A stretch of DNA of 64,000 nt from Sedimentisphaerales bacterium (GCA_963663965.2 CAXXFK010000019.1:1-64000); one strand, 5' to 3'; positions 39,115-50,128 are shown, counted from the stretch's first letter. Made by a program: numbers and translations. The notes: a model not told the origin generated them from the sequence alone.

Positions 39115-41307
39115 TTATTCAACGCCCCAATCCATATTGGGTTTCTGACCCATGATGAGTTTCAACTCACCCCCGGCCATCAGTTCTTCATGAGAAAACC
39201 AGGGTTTAATCAACGGCTTGCCATTGAGCCGCGCTTCCTGGATATACTTGTTCGTGGTTGAGCAACCTGGCGCCGAAACCTTAAAGGTCTTGCCATTGGG
39301 CAGATGAATGGTAATCTTTTCAAACAGCGGACTGCCAATGGTATACATCGGTTTTCCCGGTGTTACCGGATAAAAGCCCATCGCTGAAAAGACCACAAAC
39401 GCCGTCATCCCACCGCCATCTTCATCGCCGGGAATGCCAAAAATATTATCCGGATACCAGGTATTCAGCAGCATACGGATCTTTTTCTGGGTCTTCCACG
39501 GCGAGTCGGTAAAGTTATACAGATAAGGAATATGAAAACTCGGCTCATTCCCCATCGAAAATTGCCCGACAATACCGGTAAAATCAGGGAACCGCGCCCA
39601 CAGCTCATATTTACTGCGGCCCAGTCCTTCCCGGAACAGTTGATCCAGACGATTCTCGAAGTTTTTCTTGCCGCCCATCAATTCAATCAAACCCGGAATA
39701 TCATGCTGTACCTGCCAGAGATAGGTCCAGCCGTTATTTTCGTCGTAATATTCCCGGCCGCCCATGCCGCCATCAAATTTGGGATCGATATCGATCCATT
39801 TGCCCTGGTCATCCTTGGGCATGAAAAAGCCTTTTTCTTTCCAGTACAGGTTTTTGTAGTTATTGGCTCGCTTGGCAAAATAGGCGGCATCCTCTGTTTT
39901 GCCCAAATCACCGGCAAACTGCCCCAATGCCCAGTCATCGTAACTATGGCCCAGCGTAACCGCAACAGACTGACGTTTTTCAAACCCATGCACCAGCGGT
40001 TCGGTCTCTTTCTCACCAGGCGCCAGCGCCGGATAATACCCTTTTTCAGCATAAAACTTGTCGAGCGGACAGGCCGGTCCGTTACGCCAGGGCAGCATGG
40101 TCGCTTCCATCGCGTTCTTCTTCATCGCTTCAAAAGCCAGTGCGGTATCGAAATCGATAATCCCTTTACGATAATCATCCAGAATGGTAATAGTGGAATG
40201 GAATCCATTCATACAGGGATGATCCTCAGTCAAAATCGGGAAAGTAGGCAGCCAGCCACCCTGCTGATACATCCGCAGATAAGAATTTACCATATCCGCT
40301 TCCATATCAGGATGTAGAATGGCCCGCAACGGGTGGTGAGCCAGGTAAGTATCCCAGATCCAGTCATCCACATAAAACGGCCGGTCGGCTTTATGGACTT
40401 TTTTGTCGAAATTGCTGTAATATTGGCCATCTTCCGTAATATCCACCATACGTTCATAACAGCGATAGAGCGCTGTATAGAAGGTACGCTGATACGCTTC
40501 CGTCCCGCCTTCCACCTCAATCTGATTTAAGACGTTTGCCCAGGCCAGTTTGGCGGAATCTTTCATTTTATCGAAAGCGACATCCTGAATTTCCTTCTCA
40601 AAATTCTTTTTGGCCTGCTCCGGGCTGATAAACGAAATGGCATATTTAAACTCAATTATGGTAGGCTTATCCGCAGTCCAACTGACTACCGCGCCTTTGC
40701 GATCCCTATTCTGGTCCGTAACCGTAAAGTCAAACGGTTCATTGAATTGACCGTAAACAAACGCTTTCATACCGCTAAACTGCTCGATTCCAGTTACTGC
40801 ATTGGAACCTGACTGTTCCCAACCGCCTGACCGCATTGTTTTGAGTTGGACATAACGCGTCCCTTTTTCCGGAAAAGTCATGCGGAAATACCCTGTTTTA
40901 GCGCCCGGCGTGTATTCCAATGTCGTATCATAATCTTCCAGCCAGACCGAATAATAATACGGAGTCGAAATCTCGTTTTCTGGATCCCACGCCGATACCG
41001 GTCGATTATTAGGAGATTCATCGACATAAGGCATCATCCCAAATAACATTCCCTGGCGATGAGACATCATCGTTAACGGAAAACCGCGAATCTGGTCATC
41101 CAGATGATCCTGACGGTCCGGATACATGCGGATCATCTGGTTGGGCAATTGCACCGTGGGGCGGGTTGGTTGCAGGATATGCCCGACAGCTCCGATACTG
41201 GGATCGACACTCTCCAGTGCGTCCGGTTTCTGTGCGCAACCCGTAATGATCAAGGCAGCGAGCAGATTTAATATTATAATCCAGCTGAATTTGGCAGTTG
41301 TTTTCAT
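39115..41307 (-). CDS. GH92 alpha-mannosidase, lipoprotein
   Basis: Lipobox LIITG-C; FYTALY, WDTY, GNEPSFHIPYLY and PGDEDGGGM. ATG 41307 preferred. Confidence 0.93.
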   Translation of the reverse strand: MKTTAKFSWIIILNLLAALIITGCAQKPDALESVDPSIGAVGHILQPTRPTVQLPNQMIRMYPDRQDHLDDQIRGFPLTMMSHRQGMLFGMMPYVDESPNNRPVSAWDPENEISTPYYYSVWLEDYDTTLEYTPGAKTGYFRMTFPEKGTRYVQLKTMRSGGWEQSGSNAVTGIEQFSGMKAFVYGQFNEPFDFTVTDQNRDRKGAVVSWTADKPTIIEFKYAISFISPEQAKKNFEKEIQDVAFDKMKDSAKLAWANVLNQIEVEGGTEAYQRTFYTALYRCYERMVDITEDGQYYSNFDKKVHKADRPFYVDDWIWDTYLAHHPLRAILHPDMEADMVNSYLRMYQQGGWLPTFPILTEDHPCMNGFHSTITILDDYRKGIIDFDTALAFEAMKKNAMEATMLPWRNGPACPLDKFYAEKGYYPALAPGEKETEPLVHGFEKRQSVAVTLGHSYDDWALGQFAGDLGKTEDAAYFAKRANNYKNLYWKEKGFFMPKDDQGKWIDIDPKFDGGMGGREYYDENNGWTYLWQVQHDIPGLIELMGGKKNFENRLDQLFREGLGRSKYELWARFPDFTGIVGQFSMGNEPSFHIPYLYNFTDSPWKTQKKIRMLLNTWYPDNIFGIPGDEDGGGMTAFVVFSAMGFYPVTPGKPMYTIGSPLFEKITIHLPNGKTFKVSAPGCSTTNKYIQEARLNGKPLIKPWFSHEELMAGGELKLIMGQKPNMDWGVE

Positions 41308-41359
41308 AATGTTCCCTTTGAGTAAGAGTAATTCAATTATAATCAACGTGTTAGATATG

Positions 41360-41387
41360 ATTTTAAAATAAAAATGAAATGTGTCAA
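41360..41387 (-). promoter_or_regulatory. Candidate sigma70 promoter for the GH92 gene
   Basis: TTGACA-16 nt-TAAAAT. Confidence 0.5.
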
Positions 41388-41451
41388 GCGTCTATCCATT
41401 TATCCCTTATGGTCATAATCCATTGGAATATAAAGACATTCAAATCGATTA

Positions 41452-42819
41452 TTAGTCTGAATTTTGCGACAGACAATAAAGCCTGAGCATGACCGGATCA
41501 GGAAGCAGCCCCTCTGGTTTGTGATCACGATTTTGAGAAAGTGTTTCCCAGCGCAATACATAGCGGTTGGTGGGATGTTGATACGAACCAGAATCTTCAG
41601 CCCAGCGGGTTCTGATTCCGGGAAATGTCGATTCGGGCCGGCCCAGACTGGATGGATAACGTGAAGGGCTTTTTTCTATACCAATTAGTTTTAAAGTTTT
41701 TTCGTCGATAATCAGTAATCCGCTCCCTTTTTTGATATGATGATAAGGCAATTTTAGCCGGCTATTTTCATCAGACTCAACCGCGCCAAGACCGATTTCG
41801 AACGGGATCGAACCTCCTCCGCTGAATTCCCAGCGATAATCCCATTGTGTGATCTGATATGGATTCCAACACCCCTGCTCAAATCGGGCAATATAAACTT
41901 GGGTATTCCCGCTATGGTCAAATTTATGGTAGGATGCCAATGGCTGATTATGGCTGTCAAACCCGATTCGTAACGCGCCATTGATGATACCACCACCTGA
42001 GGGTATGGATTCAATGAGAGTGTTGTGATTTTGGATAGTAATCGGCAGCTTCAATGGCTGGCCATCGATCGTCTCCCAGTCAATCAGATTACGGCTTCGG
42101 GCGTAAGAAGGATCATGATTGGTTTTACAATCAGGCGTATCACGCCAGACCCAGCCGAGATGAAACCAGCCATCAGGCCCACGCGATGGCCCGGTCATAT
42201 AGGCGTTCATCTGACCCTGCCCGTCGGTTAAAGGTTGATCCAGCAATTTACGCCAGGTTTGGGTATCCGTGTCATAGATATTATAAATCTCGTTACCATT
42301 ACCACTGCTGCCATCACGATAATGAAATATGAGCCGATTTTCAGCGTCACGCATGAACTGAGGATATGTGCAGCGTGTTTCGTTCTGACCGGTCATAGAA
42401 CTAATACGCTGGAAAGTGGCGATATCCCAGGGTTGGGAAGTGCGAAAATAGATAAGCTGGGTGACATGCATATTACCACTCAGGTGGATATAACCCTCTT
42501 CATCGATGGCCATTACAATATAATTATGGCTGTCCCAGCCAACATTAGTCGGTAAGGTACGGTATTGCCAGCGGTTCTGATCTAGCATACGGGTTGCCAC
42601 AGTCATACGATGTTCCGCATCATAATAGGCGACATACTGGCGATTGCCCTGCGTAAACAGGCAGAATCCAACCGGAAAACCACTGGGCACCAGGGAGATA
42701 TCAAGCGATTCTTTAATCGAAATGACTGTTTGAGCAGAAGTTACGGACTCGCTTAATATCATTGCTAGTATCAGCAGGAAGTTGAAAGACCACCAGGTGA
42801 TCAGGCCGGTTTTAAGCAT
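41452..42819 (-). CDS. BNR_4-family (BNR repeat) secreted protein
   Basis: QYVAYY, DSHNYI..D..GYIHLSGNMH, TYPQF, YRDGSSGNG and WVWR.T..TNHD. Confidence 0.85.
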   Translation of the reverse strand: MLKTGLITWWSFNFLLILAMILSESVTSAQTVISIKESLDISLVPSGFPVGFCLFTQGNRQYVAYYDAEHRMTVATRMLDQNRWQYRTLPTNVGWDSHNYIVMAIDEEGYIHLSGNMHVTQLIYFRTSQPWDIATFQRISSMTGQNETRCTYPQFMRDAENRLIFHYRDGSSGNGNEIYNIYDTDTQTWRKLLDQPLTDGQGQMNAYMTGPSRGPDGWFHLGWVWRDTPDCKTNHDPSYARSRNLIDWETIDGQPLKLPITIQNHNTLIESIPSGGGIINGALRIGFDSHNQPLASYHKFDHSGNTQVYIARFEQGCWNPYQITQWDYRWEFSGGGSIPFEIGLGAVESDENSRLKLPYHHIKKGSGLLIIDEKTLKLIGIEKSPSRYPSSLGRPESTFPGIRTRWAEDSGSYQHPTNRYVLRWETLSQNRDHKPEGLLPDPVMLRLYCLSQNSD

Positions 42820-42900
42820 GTTATCTGTTCTCCAGATTCGAATATTACAGAACTTACAATTTCATGCTAACGATTAAAACGCGGCAGTATTGCAGATGAG

Positions 42901-45900
42901 CTAATCTTGTAGAATATCGATTTCAGCGGCTCCTGCATAGGGGCGATTGTTAACGCTGGACAGGGCGCGAAGCTTAAAAGCCTGTACCCGAAATTTACGA
43001 TTGAAACGGATGGTCTGAAGTTTAGGGCTGTCTGGCCACTGACCACTTGCAACGGGATTAGTCCAGGTCTGACCATCCAGGCTTAGTACGATTTCGTAGC
43101 GGGCGATACGGCCATTGGCCATGTCTTGACGGGGCAGGTAAGTCAGGCCCGCTATTTCTATGGGAGATTTCAGGGTAACAATCACCTCATGCGGCATCGG
43201 GGCATCCGGATTCCATGGGGTATGCCAGATCGTGGCAGGATCTCCATCAATTGCGTTGGTTGCTTCATAGCCTGTCTGCTCACTGGAGGCAGTGGCCTGG
43301 GCGTTGAGTTTTTGCAGCAGGGTCGGTTCTACACAAAGGTCTTGAAGTTGTTCGAGACTCATGGAGGTCGCCGGATCAAAGTGGTTGCCGGACATGTAGG
43401 CGAGCAGGCTGGCGCGCAACTGGCGGGCCACCGGCCGGGAGTCGAGATCATCGCTTAAGTTGGCGCTGCAAGCCAGCAGTTTGCCATTACCAACCCGGAC
43501 TTCAAAAACCAGGGCCAGCTTACGGGCCGTCACCCAGTCATCGATGACCTGAACCGTGGGATGGACCGGCTGGCCGGTCAGAATAAAAGGCGCGGCTCCG
43601 TGAATAATTTCCCACCATTGCCAGTTACTGTGGAATTCCGTGGGAAACTCAGCCAGGGCAGGGTGAGTCGGATCGCACAGGATACCCAGGGTATGGGGCG
43701 GCTGAAAATCAGTCCAGACCGTATTCCAGAATATGGAAGAAAACCCCAGTGCGATTTTGCCCCGTTCCGGATCACCTTTGATACGTGTTGATTCCGGTAG
43801 CCAGAGTAGTTTGCCGCCCTTGCGGAGATGGTTTTCAGTTTCAGTATTCAACTCAGAGGCGATCAGTATCTGATTATCAGCAGGTGTTGTTGATACCTTG
43901 CGAGGATAAACCCAGATATCCCAGTGATTAGCCCAGGGCTGATTGTCAGCTGAGATCATGAGAGTTAGCTTCCGGGCTGATGGATTGATCGGGAGTATGG
44001 TAGTAATTGTACCCAGATCATACAGGTACCCGCGGGAAAAATTTTGTGTGGCGAGTTTTCCTTTGGCAATCGCTGTACCCTTCTGGTCCGTAATGGTCCA
44101 GAGCGGAGTAGTATTTTTAAGATCATCCGGACCAAACTGAGCCAGTTGGACCGGAGCTTCAAGCAGTTCCCCTTCAATATAAATGTGTTTGGGCAGGCGG
44201 GCCAGAGGTACGACCGGCCCGGCAAAGCCGGCGTATTCCTCAGCCGTAACATAACCTTTGGAATCCCAGAAGGGATCCAGTACGCCCACCAGCGCCGTAC
44301 CCTGGCCGGGAAAGTCATGCAGATCAAGCAGTTGGAATCCACCAAAACCGGGAGTCCGAAGGGCGGCTTCGATATCCGCTTTATAACAGAGGGTCTGGAG
44401 TTTGCCGGAAGCGATAAGGAAATCATGTGCCTGGTCAATCATACCGTGACGCTTGAGTTGATCGGCAAAAACATCGAAATTTTTCGCCTTGAGCAGACCG
44501 GTATATTTGGCGCGTTCATCCAGGTTGGGGTAAACACACCACTGCCCGATTTCGTGACTGATCACTGGTGCGTCTTTGTGGGACTGGACAAATGGACTCC
44601 AATCATAATCGCTGCGTGGTGGTTGACCGTTGATGATGCTCTTGAGCCCTTCTCCCCAGCGTTGGATACGCGGGTTGGGAGAACTGTGATAATCGCTGAC
44701 TTCAATCACTGGCCAACCTGCGCCGGAGGTATAAAGCCGGCGCGAGTCTTTCTGTTGATAATGGGTGACAAAATCAGTCAGCCATTGTTTGTGATTTTTC
44801 CCAGCCGGTTCGTTGCCGTAAGCCATGAGCATAAAGGATGGGTGATTGCCATAAGCCCGGATAATGGCATCGGCTTCATCGTAGAGCCATTGATCAAGCG
44901 GTTTCCCATCACCAATGGTAGCGCCCTGGTTAGCCCAGGAGGAACATTCCACCTGGTAATAAAAACCCAATTCATCGGCGGCGATGAAAGCCGCTTCCGG
45001 TGGACACCAGGAATGAAAACGGATATGGTTTAAACCATGGGCTTTGCAGGCGTTGATGACTTTTTTCCAGTAACTGACTTCCGTGGGGGGATGGCTGGTA
45101 AGCGGAAAGATACAGCATTCCAGGGTACCGCGTAAGAAGATCGGGGTGTCGTTCAGAGTGAATCGGGTATCAATGGTTTTCAGGTCACGCAGGCCGAATT
45201 GAACCATCTTTTCATCGGTTCCGATATTCGAATTCAAGCTGACCTTCAGCGGATAAAGATTCGGGTGGAATTCATCCCAGCCATCCAGACTGTTGTCCAT
45301 TGGGATCGTAACACTTTGATTGGAAGTGCCTGAGGGACAGGATACGCGTACCTGGCGATTGAACCGGCCATTTACCGACAGATCAAGGGTTGCCGAAACC
45401 GATTCTCTCGTAAGGTTGCCAATAGTAATTTCCGCGCGAACCTGACGCGGATCGTATTGCGCAAATACCCGCAGGTCGTCAATCCAGACTTTTGGTGTTG
45501 CTCGCAGTTCGATACGTCCGGCGATTCCGTTCCAGTTACCCTGGGTATGATCGGATACACTGTGGGAGTTGGGTCCGACATTGACCACCATGCTGTTATC
45601 CACCGCAATCGTCAGGCGGTGGCGTCCGGATGAGATTTGGGAGCCCAGATCGTATTGATGCGGTGTTGCGAGGCGATTGTTGGAACCAATCAACTGGCCA
45701 TCCAGCCAGACGGTGGTCTGCCAGTGGGGTCGTTCTAGAAACAGGACAATCCGTCTTCCGGTCCAGTCGGAGGGGATATTTATCTCACGTTGATACCAGG
45801 CCCGCCCAACATAATGACGATCAGGCTGGAGCCAGAACGGTATTTTAAAATTCTCATTGGTTTGGTATTGGCGATAGTAAGGATCGGTATACCACGATTG

Positions 45901-46146
45901 GCGCAGATCACCGGTCCATTGGGTTTCCATACTAACCGGATCCCCAAAACCTTGAGCCGTTAGAACGCCGGGTAGTTGGATCGTATCGACCAGTGATTTT
46001 GTTATCAGTTGGTGCGAATTATGATCGCAATCAGGATCTAACCCGAACTGCCAGTTGCCGGAAAGGCTGACGGATTCGGCAATAACAGAGGATGCAACAA
46101 CTGTATAGGCAATCGAAATGATAAAACCTGATAGCCTGGATTTCAT
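42901..46146 (-). CDS. GH2-like glycoside hydrolase with C-terminal F5/8 type C (discoidin) domain
   Basis: SLSGNWQF, WDEFHPNLY, GLNHIRFHSWCPPEAAF, NHPSF..GNE and NAIDGDPATIWHT..YLPRQD. Confidence 0.92.
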   Translation of the reverse strand: MKSRLSGFIISIAYTVVASSVIAESVSLSGNWQFGLDPDCDHNSHQLITKSLVDTIQLPGVLTAQGFGDPVSMETQWTGDLRQSWYTDPYYRQYQTNENFKIPFWLQPDRHYVGRAWYQREINIPSDWTGRRIVLFLERPHWQTTVWLDGQLIGSNNRLATPHQYDLGSQISSGRHRLTIAVDNSMVVNVGPNSHSVSDHTQGNWNGIAGRIELRATPKVWIDDLRVFAQYDPRQVRAEITIGNLTRESVSATLDLSVNGRFNRQVRVSCPSGTSNQSVTIPMDNSLDGWDEFHPNLYPLKVSLNSNIGTDEKMVQFGLRDLKTIDTRFTLNDTPIFLRGTLECCIFPLTSHPPTEVSYWKKVINACKAHGLNHIRFHSWCPPEAAFIAADELGFYYQVECSSWANQGATIGDGKPLDQWLYDEADAIIRAYGNHPSFMLMAYGNEPAGKNHKQWLTDFVTHYQQKDSRRLYTSGAGWPVIEVSDYHSSPNPRIQRWGEGLKSIINGQPPRSDYDWSPFVQSHKDAPVISHEIGQWCVYPNLDERAKYTGLLKAKNFDVFADQLKRHGMIDQAHDFLIASGKLQTLCYKADIEAALRTPGFGGFQLLDLHDFPGQGTALVGVLDPFWDSKGYVTAEEYAGFAGPVVPLARLPKHIYIEGELLEAPVQLAQFGPDDLKNTTPLWTITDQKGTAIAKGKLATQNFSRGYLYDLGTITTILPINPSARKLTLMISADNQPWANHWDIWVYPRKVSTTPADNQILIASELNTETENHLRKGGKLLWLPESTRIKGDPERGKIALGFSSIFWNTVWTDFQPPHTLGILCDPTHPALAEFPTEFHSNWQWWEIIHGAAPFILTGQPVHPTVQVIDDWVTARKLALVFEVRVGNGKLLACSANLSDDLDSRPVARQLRASLLAYMSGNHFDPATSMSLEQLQDLCVEPTLLQKLNAQATASSEQTGYEATNAIDGDPATIWHTPWNPDAPMPHEVIVTLKSPIEIAGLTYLPRQDMANGRIARYEIVLSLDGQTWTNPVASGQWPDSPKLQTIRFNRKFRVQAFKLRALSSVNNRPYAGAAEIDILQD

Positions 46147-46554
46147 TATAAAACTCCTTCAAACTTCATAAGTACGCTCTATCAATTTACAGTATGAATG
46201 CTAAATTACGTTCGTTTTGACCTTCAACGGCATGATAAGTGATAAGTCAGTTGCTAAACAATACTTAAATGTATCAAAATACCGCAATTTTGTGCAGGAT
46301 TACGATTTTGACAGGTGTTGTTTGGGCGCACCAATATGTTTTAATAATAATATATTTGAACCGATGAATAAGTCCATCGGGCATAAGTATGTATATTGCA
46401 GTCGCTTATATTGCTCCTTTAGGCTTGCCCAATCCACTGGGATGGGTTATGATTAATCGTAATATCCACCAGCTTTTTCGACAACCATAATACAATAGCA
46501 GTTTGTTATGGATGATAGATCCGGCATCGAATTTGGCAGCGACTTACTTTAAAA

Positions 46555-47325
46555 ATGATGAATATGGATAACGCCTACTACAAAGAGCGGTTTTTTTATA
46601 AATTGATCAAACAGCGGTTTTTTTCACTGACTGGATTGGCTGGCGTGGTGTCGCTGGTGCTCTATGGCTTGGGATTAGGAACATTCTTTTTATGGTTGGG
46701 GTTGGGCGTCCTGGCAGGAGGCGGTCTCTATTTTGCCGGTTCCATGCTGCTGGGTAATAAAGCAATTGATCGGCAGATTCGTGAGGAAGTGGATCGACAG
46801 GCCATCCGGGAGAGAAACCGTCAACTCGACAAACTGGAACGCGAACTAAGGCGGGATGACGATCCCCGCACTGAAAATACCCTAAGAGATTTGAGGGCCC
46901 TGTCAGACGCATTCAGTCAGGCCGGCTTGGCAGGTATGGAACAGAATGTCTCGGGGGAGAAACTGGGTGATACTGTTCACCAGATGATTGGACAGAGTAT
47001 CCAGCTATTGCGTCAATCACTGACCTTTAATGAACCGGCCCGTCAGGCGGCCTCCCAGGAAATTCGACAGTCGATTCTGGCGAAACGTGAAGCGGTGTTA
47101 TCGGAGGCCATTGCTGGTGTGGAAATATTAAAGCAGGTTCTGGATAAAATTCAGACTGTGGCTGCGAGTTCACTGGCAACCGAACAGGTAACCCAGATGG
47201 GTCAGCAGATGCTGGATCAATTGGAGATCGCCCGGAGTGTCGAAGAACGTATGAACGCAGCAGGATTGGGACAGGAGTTTATAAAGACCATGGAAGACAC
47301 CCTTCCGGAGAATGAAAGAAAATGA
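46555..47325 (+). CDS. Hypothetical membrane protein: two N-terminal TM helices and a cytoplasmic helical/coiled-coil domain
   Basis: Hydrophobic FSLTGLAGVVSLVLYGLGL and FLWLGLGVLAGGGLYFAG, followed by charged helical sequence. Confidence 0.8.
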   Translation: MMNMDNAYYKERFFYKLIKQRFFSLTGLAGVVSLVLYGLGLGTFFLWLGLGVLAGGGLYFAGSMLLGNKAIDRQIREEVDRQAIRERNRQLDKLERELRRDDDPRTENTLRDLRALSDAFSQAGLAGMEQNVSGEKLGDTVHQMIGQSIQLLRQSLTFNEPARQAASQEIRQSILAKREAVLSEAIAGVEILKQVLDKIQTVAASSLATEQVTQMGQQMLDQLEIARSVEERMNAAGLGQEFIKTMEDTLPENERK

Positions 47326-47440
47326 TTAAGGCGTAAAGGCGAGTAACTGGCGTTTATGATTGATATTTTATTTCATAATTGTATGATAAACAGAATAGAT
47401 ATAATGATATATAAATACTACTTCTAACTGGAGGTATCGC

Positions 47441-48277
47441 ATGGGACGTTTAGCACATGGTTTTTCCCGTTTTTTCCGGGCTATCGCATCGGTTTTGACC
47501 CTTGGACTGGTGAAATTCAGTGAACCGATCGAGCGGAACCCGGAGGTCGTGGGACTGGATTACGATGAAGTGATCCGCGAGAAGGCCAAGGCCGCCCAGT
47601 TGGTCAAAAATGCCGTGGGCGATCTGATGGGCCAGCAGGAATCCAAAAAACAGAAAGTCAAACTGCTGACGGATGAAGTTCTGGAACTGGAACAGGAAAA
47701 AGCCGGTGCCCAGGCACTGGCCGGCGAACGGGTACAGGCATTGCAAGCCCAGGGAATGACAGAAGACCAGATCCTACAGGATAGTGAGGTCGTACAATAT
47801 CAGGCGGCGTTTACTGACGCCTCGACCACGCTGGTGGAGAAAAAAGCCCGGATCGCTGATCTGGAAGCAGACTTGGATACGTTACAGGCGTCCATCGATC
47901 AGAATATCGCCCAGGCCCAGTCACTGGCGCGAGAAGTGGAAAAACTGAAAGCCGAAAAACATGAAACGGTAGCCAGTATTGCGGCGGCCCAGCAGATCGA
48001 TAAGATAAACGAAGCCTTGTCTGGTATCTCAACTGGCGGAGCCGACGATACGCTGGCCCGGTTGCGTCAACAGCGTAACGAAGCGGAAGGGCGCGCCAAG
48101 GCCGCAACGCGGCTGGCCGGTGCCGATACCAAGGTCCAGCGTGAAAAACTGAAAAAAGCCGCCGTACGCCATACCCAGAACGCCGAATTCCTGAAAGGAA
48201 TCGGACTGGGCAGTACCAAAGTCACTCCAACTTCCGAAGCGCCGCAAGCTGCGCCCAAGCTGCCGGAAGAAGAATAA
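47441..48277 (+). CDS. PspA/IM30/Vipp1-family (ESCRT-III fold) protein
   Basis: GGAGG RBS; N-terminal amphipathic helix FSRFFRAI; ERNPE (EDP-like); long coiled coils; INEALSGISTGGADDTLARLR hinge. Confidence 0.72.
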   Translation: MGRLAHGFSRFFRAIASVLTLGLVKFSEPIERNPEVVGLDYDEVIREKAKAAQLVKNAVGDLMGQQESKKQKVKLLTDEVLELEQEKAGAQALAGERVQALQAQGMTEDQILQDSEVVQYQAAFTDASTTLVEKKARIADLEADLDTLQASIDQNIAQAQSLAREVEKLKAEKHETVASIAAAQQIDKINEALSGISTGGADDTLARLRQQRNEAEGRAKAATRLAGADTKVQREKLKKAAVRHTQNAEFLKGIGLGSTKVTPTSEAPQAAPKLPEEE

Positions 48278-48298
48278 GAAACTCAATATTAATAGATT

Positions 48299-50128
48299 AT
48301 GGCACACAAAATACCCGGCTATGGATTTAAGCGTGATCTGGAGCGGATGCTGAACGCCGGCCAGACGAGAAGTATTGTATTAACGGGCAATATTCACGAC
48401 TGGTTCTATCGTGCGGATGATGAAGCGGATGAAAGCTCCGGCGGGCGCTATATGCTGCTGTTGGAGTATCTGGTTTCGCGTTGGAATATTCAGGATCTGG
48501 CGCAGTTCGCGCTGGTGGTTTATGAACTGAACGGTCCGATCCGGGTGGTGAATCCCGAGGTGGCCGAACAGTTGCGTGACGCCTGGGTGACGATGGTATC
48601 CGGGTACAGCCCTCAGGAACTGGCGATCCGTAAGTTGGCCGGGGAACCCGTGGCCGACCGGCAAAGTCTGGCACGCCAGTTTGACGATGCGTTGCATGAG
48701 GCGCTGGCCAATCCCACTTCAGCGCTCGAGATGCTGCGGCAGTTTTGCATCATTTCGCGGGCGCAACACAATGGTAAACCGCTATTCAAAAAGAACCTGA
48801 TCATCCTGATCGAAGGGGCCGATTTTCTGATTCCCCAGGGTGAGATTCCGCGCTTGTCGGAGGCCGACCGTAAACGGGTCATGATCTGCCGCGACTGGTT
48901 CTGCGATCCGGAATTTATGACCGGAAACGATTCGGTCATCCTGCTGACTGAATCGAAAATGGCGCTGAACCAGGAAATTACCCGGCTGCCCCAGTTGCTG
49001 GAGGTGAAAGTGCCGGCGCCGGACCTGGATCATCGGCGCTACTTCATTTCCTGGTTCAAAAATCATCATCCTGCCGGAGAAGGCCTGAAGCTTTGGTCGA
49101 GCCAGACTGATCTGGCCGAACTTACCGCCGGATTAAGCATCCACGCGCTGATGCAATTATTGAAGTTAACCGCTTATACCGGCCAGACCTTACAGCCCGA
49201 GGATGTGGTAGCCAAGGTTCAGGAATTTATCCAGGCGCAATTGGGGGAGGAGGTGGTGGAATTCAGCCGTCCCAGCCATACGCTCAAGCAGGTGGTGGGT
49301 AATACCCGTTTAAAGGCCTTTTTGAAGGATACCTTTATTCCGCGCCTGAAGAAAACCGGCAAGGCCGGCATCTCGGGCGCCGCAGTAGCCGGGCCGCTGG
49401 GCGCGGGTAAGACCTTCATCTTTGAGGCAGTGGCCGGGGAACTGGGTTTTGTCGTGCTGGTCCTGAAAAACCTGCGCAGTAAATGGTTTGGCGAAACGGA
49501 TATCATCTTCGAGCGGTTGCGGCGCGTTCTGGAAGCGCTGGGTAAGGCGCTGATCTTTGTGGATGAGGCTGACACCCAGTTTGGCGGCCTCGGCGGTGAA
49601 ACGCACGAGACCGAACGCCGGCTGACCGGTAAAATCCAGTCGATGATGTCCGATACCAAACTGCGCGGCAAGGTGATCTGGCTGCTGATGACCGCCCGGA
49701 TCGACCGGTTATCACCAGACCTGCGGCGGCCGGGCCGGGCCGGGGATATTATTATTCCCGTACTCGATCCGGAAGGCGATGATCACGATGCCTTTGTCCG
49801 CTGGGTGCTGGGCAGTGTGATTAAAAATCCCTCGAATGAACTGGTCGACCAGGTGGCGGACTTAACCCGCGGCTATTCCGCCGCGGCATTCGATGCGGTT
49901 CGACGCGAACTGGCGGCCGAATCGGACCGGGAACAACTGGACGATGAAGAAATATTCAACCTGATTCGCAACCGCCTCCTGCCGGATATCGCCAAAACGC
50001 GCCAGATTCAATACCTGCAAGCGCTGCTGAATTGTACGCACAAACAGTTATTGCCCAGCGATATCGGCGATGATGTCGAAGCACAGCGAGAACAATGGCG
50101 GGCGGAGTTGGAAACATTGGGGTATTGA
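48299..50128 (+). CDS. AAA+ ATPase, classical clade, with a degenerate N-terminal AAA-like domain
   Basis: Walker A GPLGAGKT, pore loop SKWFGE, Walker B IFVDEAD, SRH DRLSPDLRRPGR. N-terminal IVLTGNIHD and LIILIEGAD. Confidence 0.92.
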   Translation: MAHKIPGYGFKRDLERMLNAGQTRSIVLTGNIHDWFYRADDEADESSGGRYMLLLEYLVSRWNIQDLAQFALVVYELNGPIRVVNPEVAEQLRDAWVTMVSGYSPQELAIRKLAGEPVADRQSLARQFDDALHEALANPTSALEMLRQFCIISRAQHNGKPLFKKNLIILIEGADFLIPQGEIPRLSEADRKRVMICRDWFCDPEFMTGNDSVILLTESKMALNQEITRLPQLLEVKVPAPDLDHRRYFISWFKNHHPAGEGLKLWSSQTDLAELTAGLSIHALMQLLKLTAYTGQTLQPEDVVAKVQEFIQAQLGEEVVEFSRPSHTLKQVVGNTRLKAFLKDTFIPRLKKTGKAGISGAAVAGPLGAGKTFIFEAVAGELGFVVLVLKNLRSKWFGETDIIFERLRRVLEALGKALIFVDEADTQFGGLGGETHETERRLTGKIQSMMSDTKLRGKVIWLLMTARIDRLSPDLRRPGRAGDIIIPVLDPEGDDHDAFVRWVLGSVIKNPSNELVDQVADLTRGYSAAAFDAVRRELAAESDREQLDDEEIFNLIRNRLLPDIAKTRQIQYLQALLNCTHKQLLPSDIGDDVEAQREQWRAELETLGY

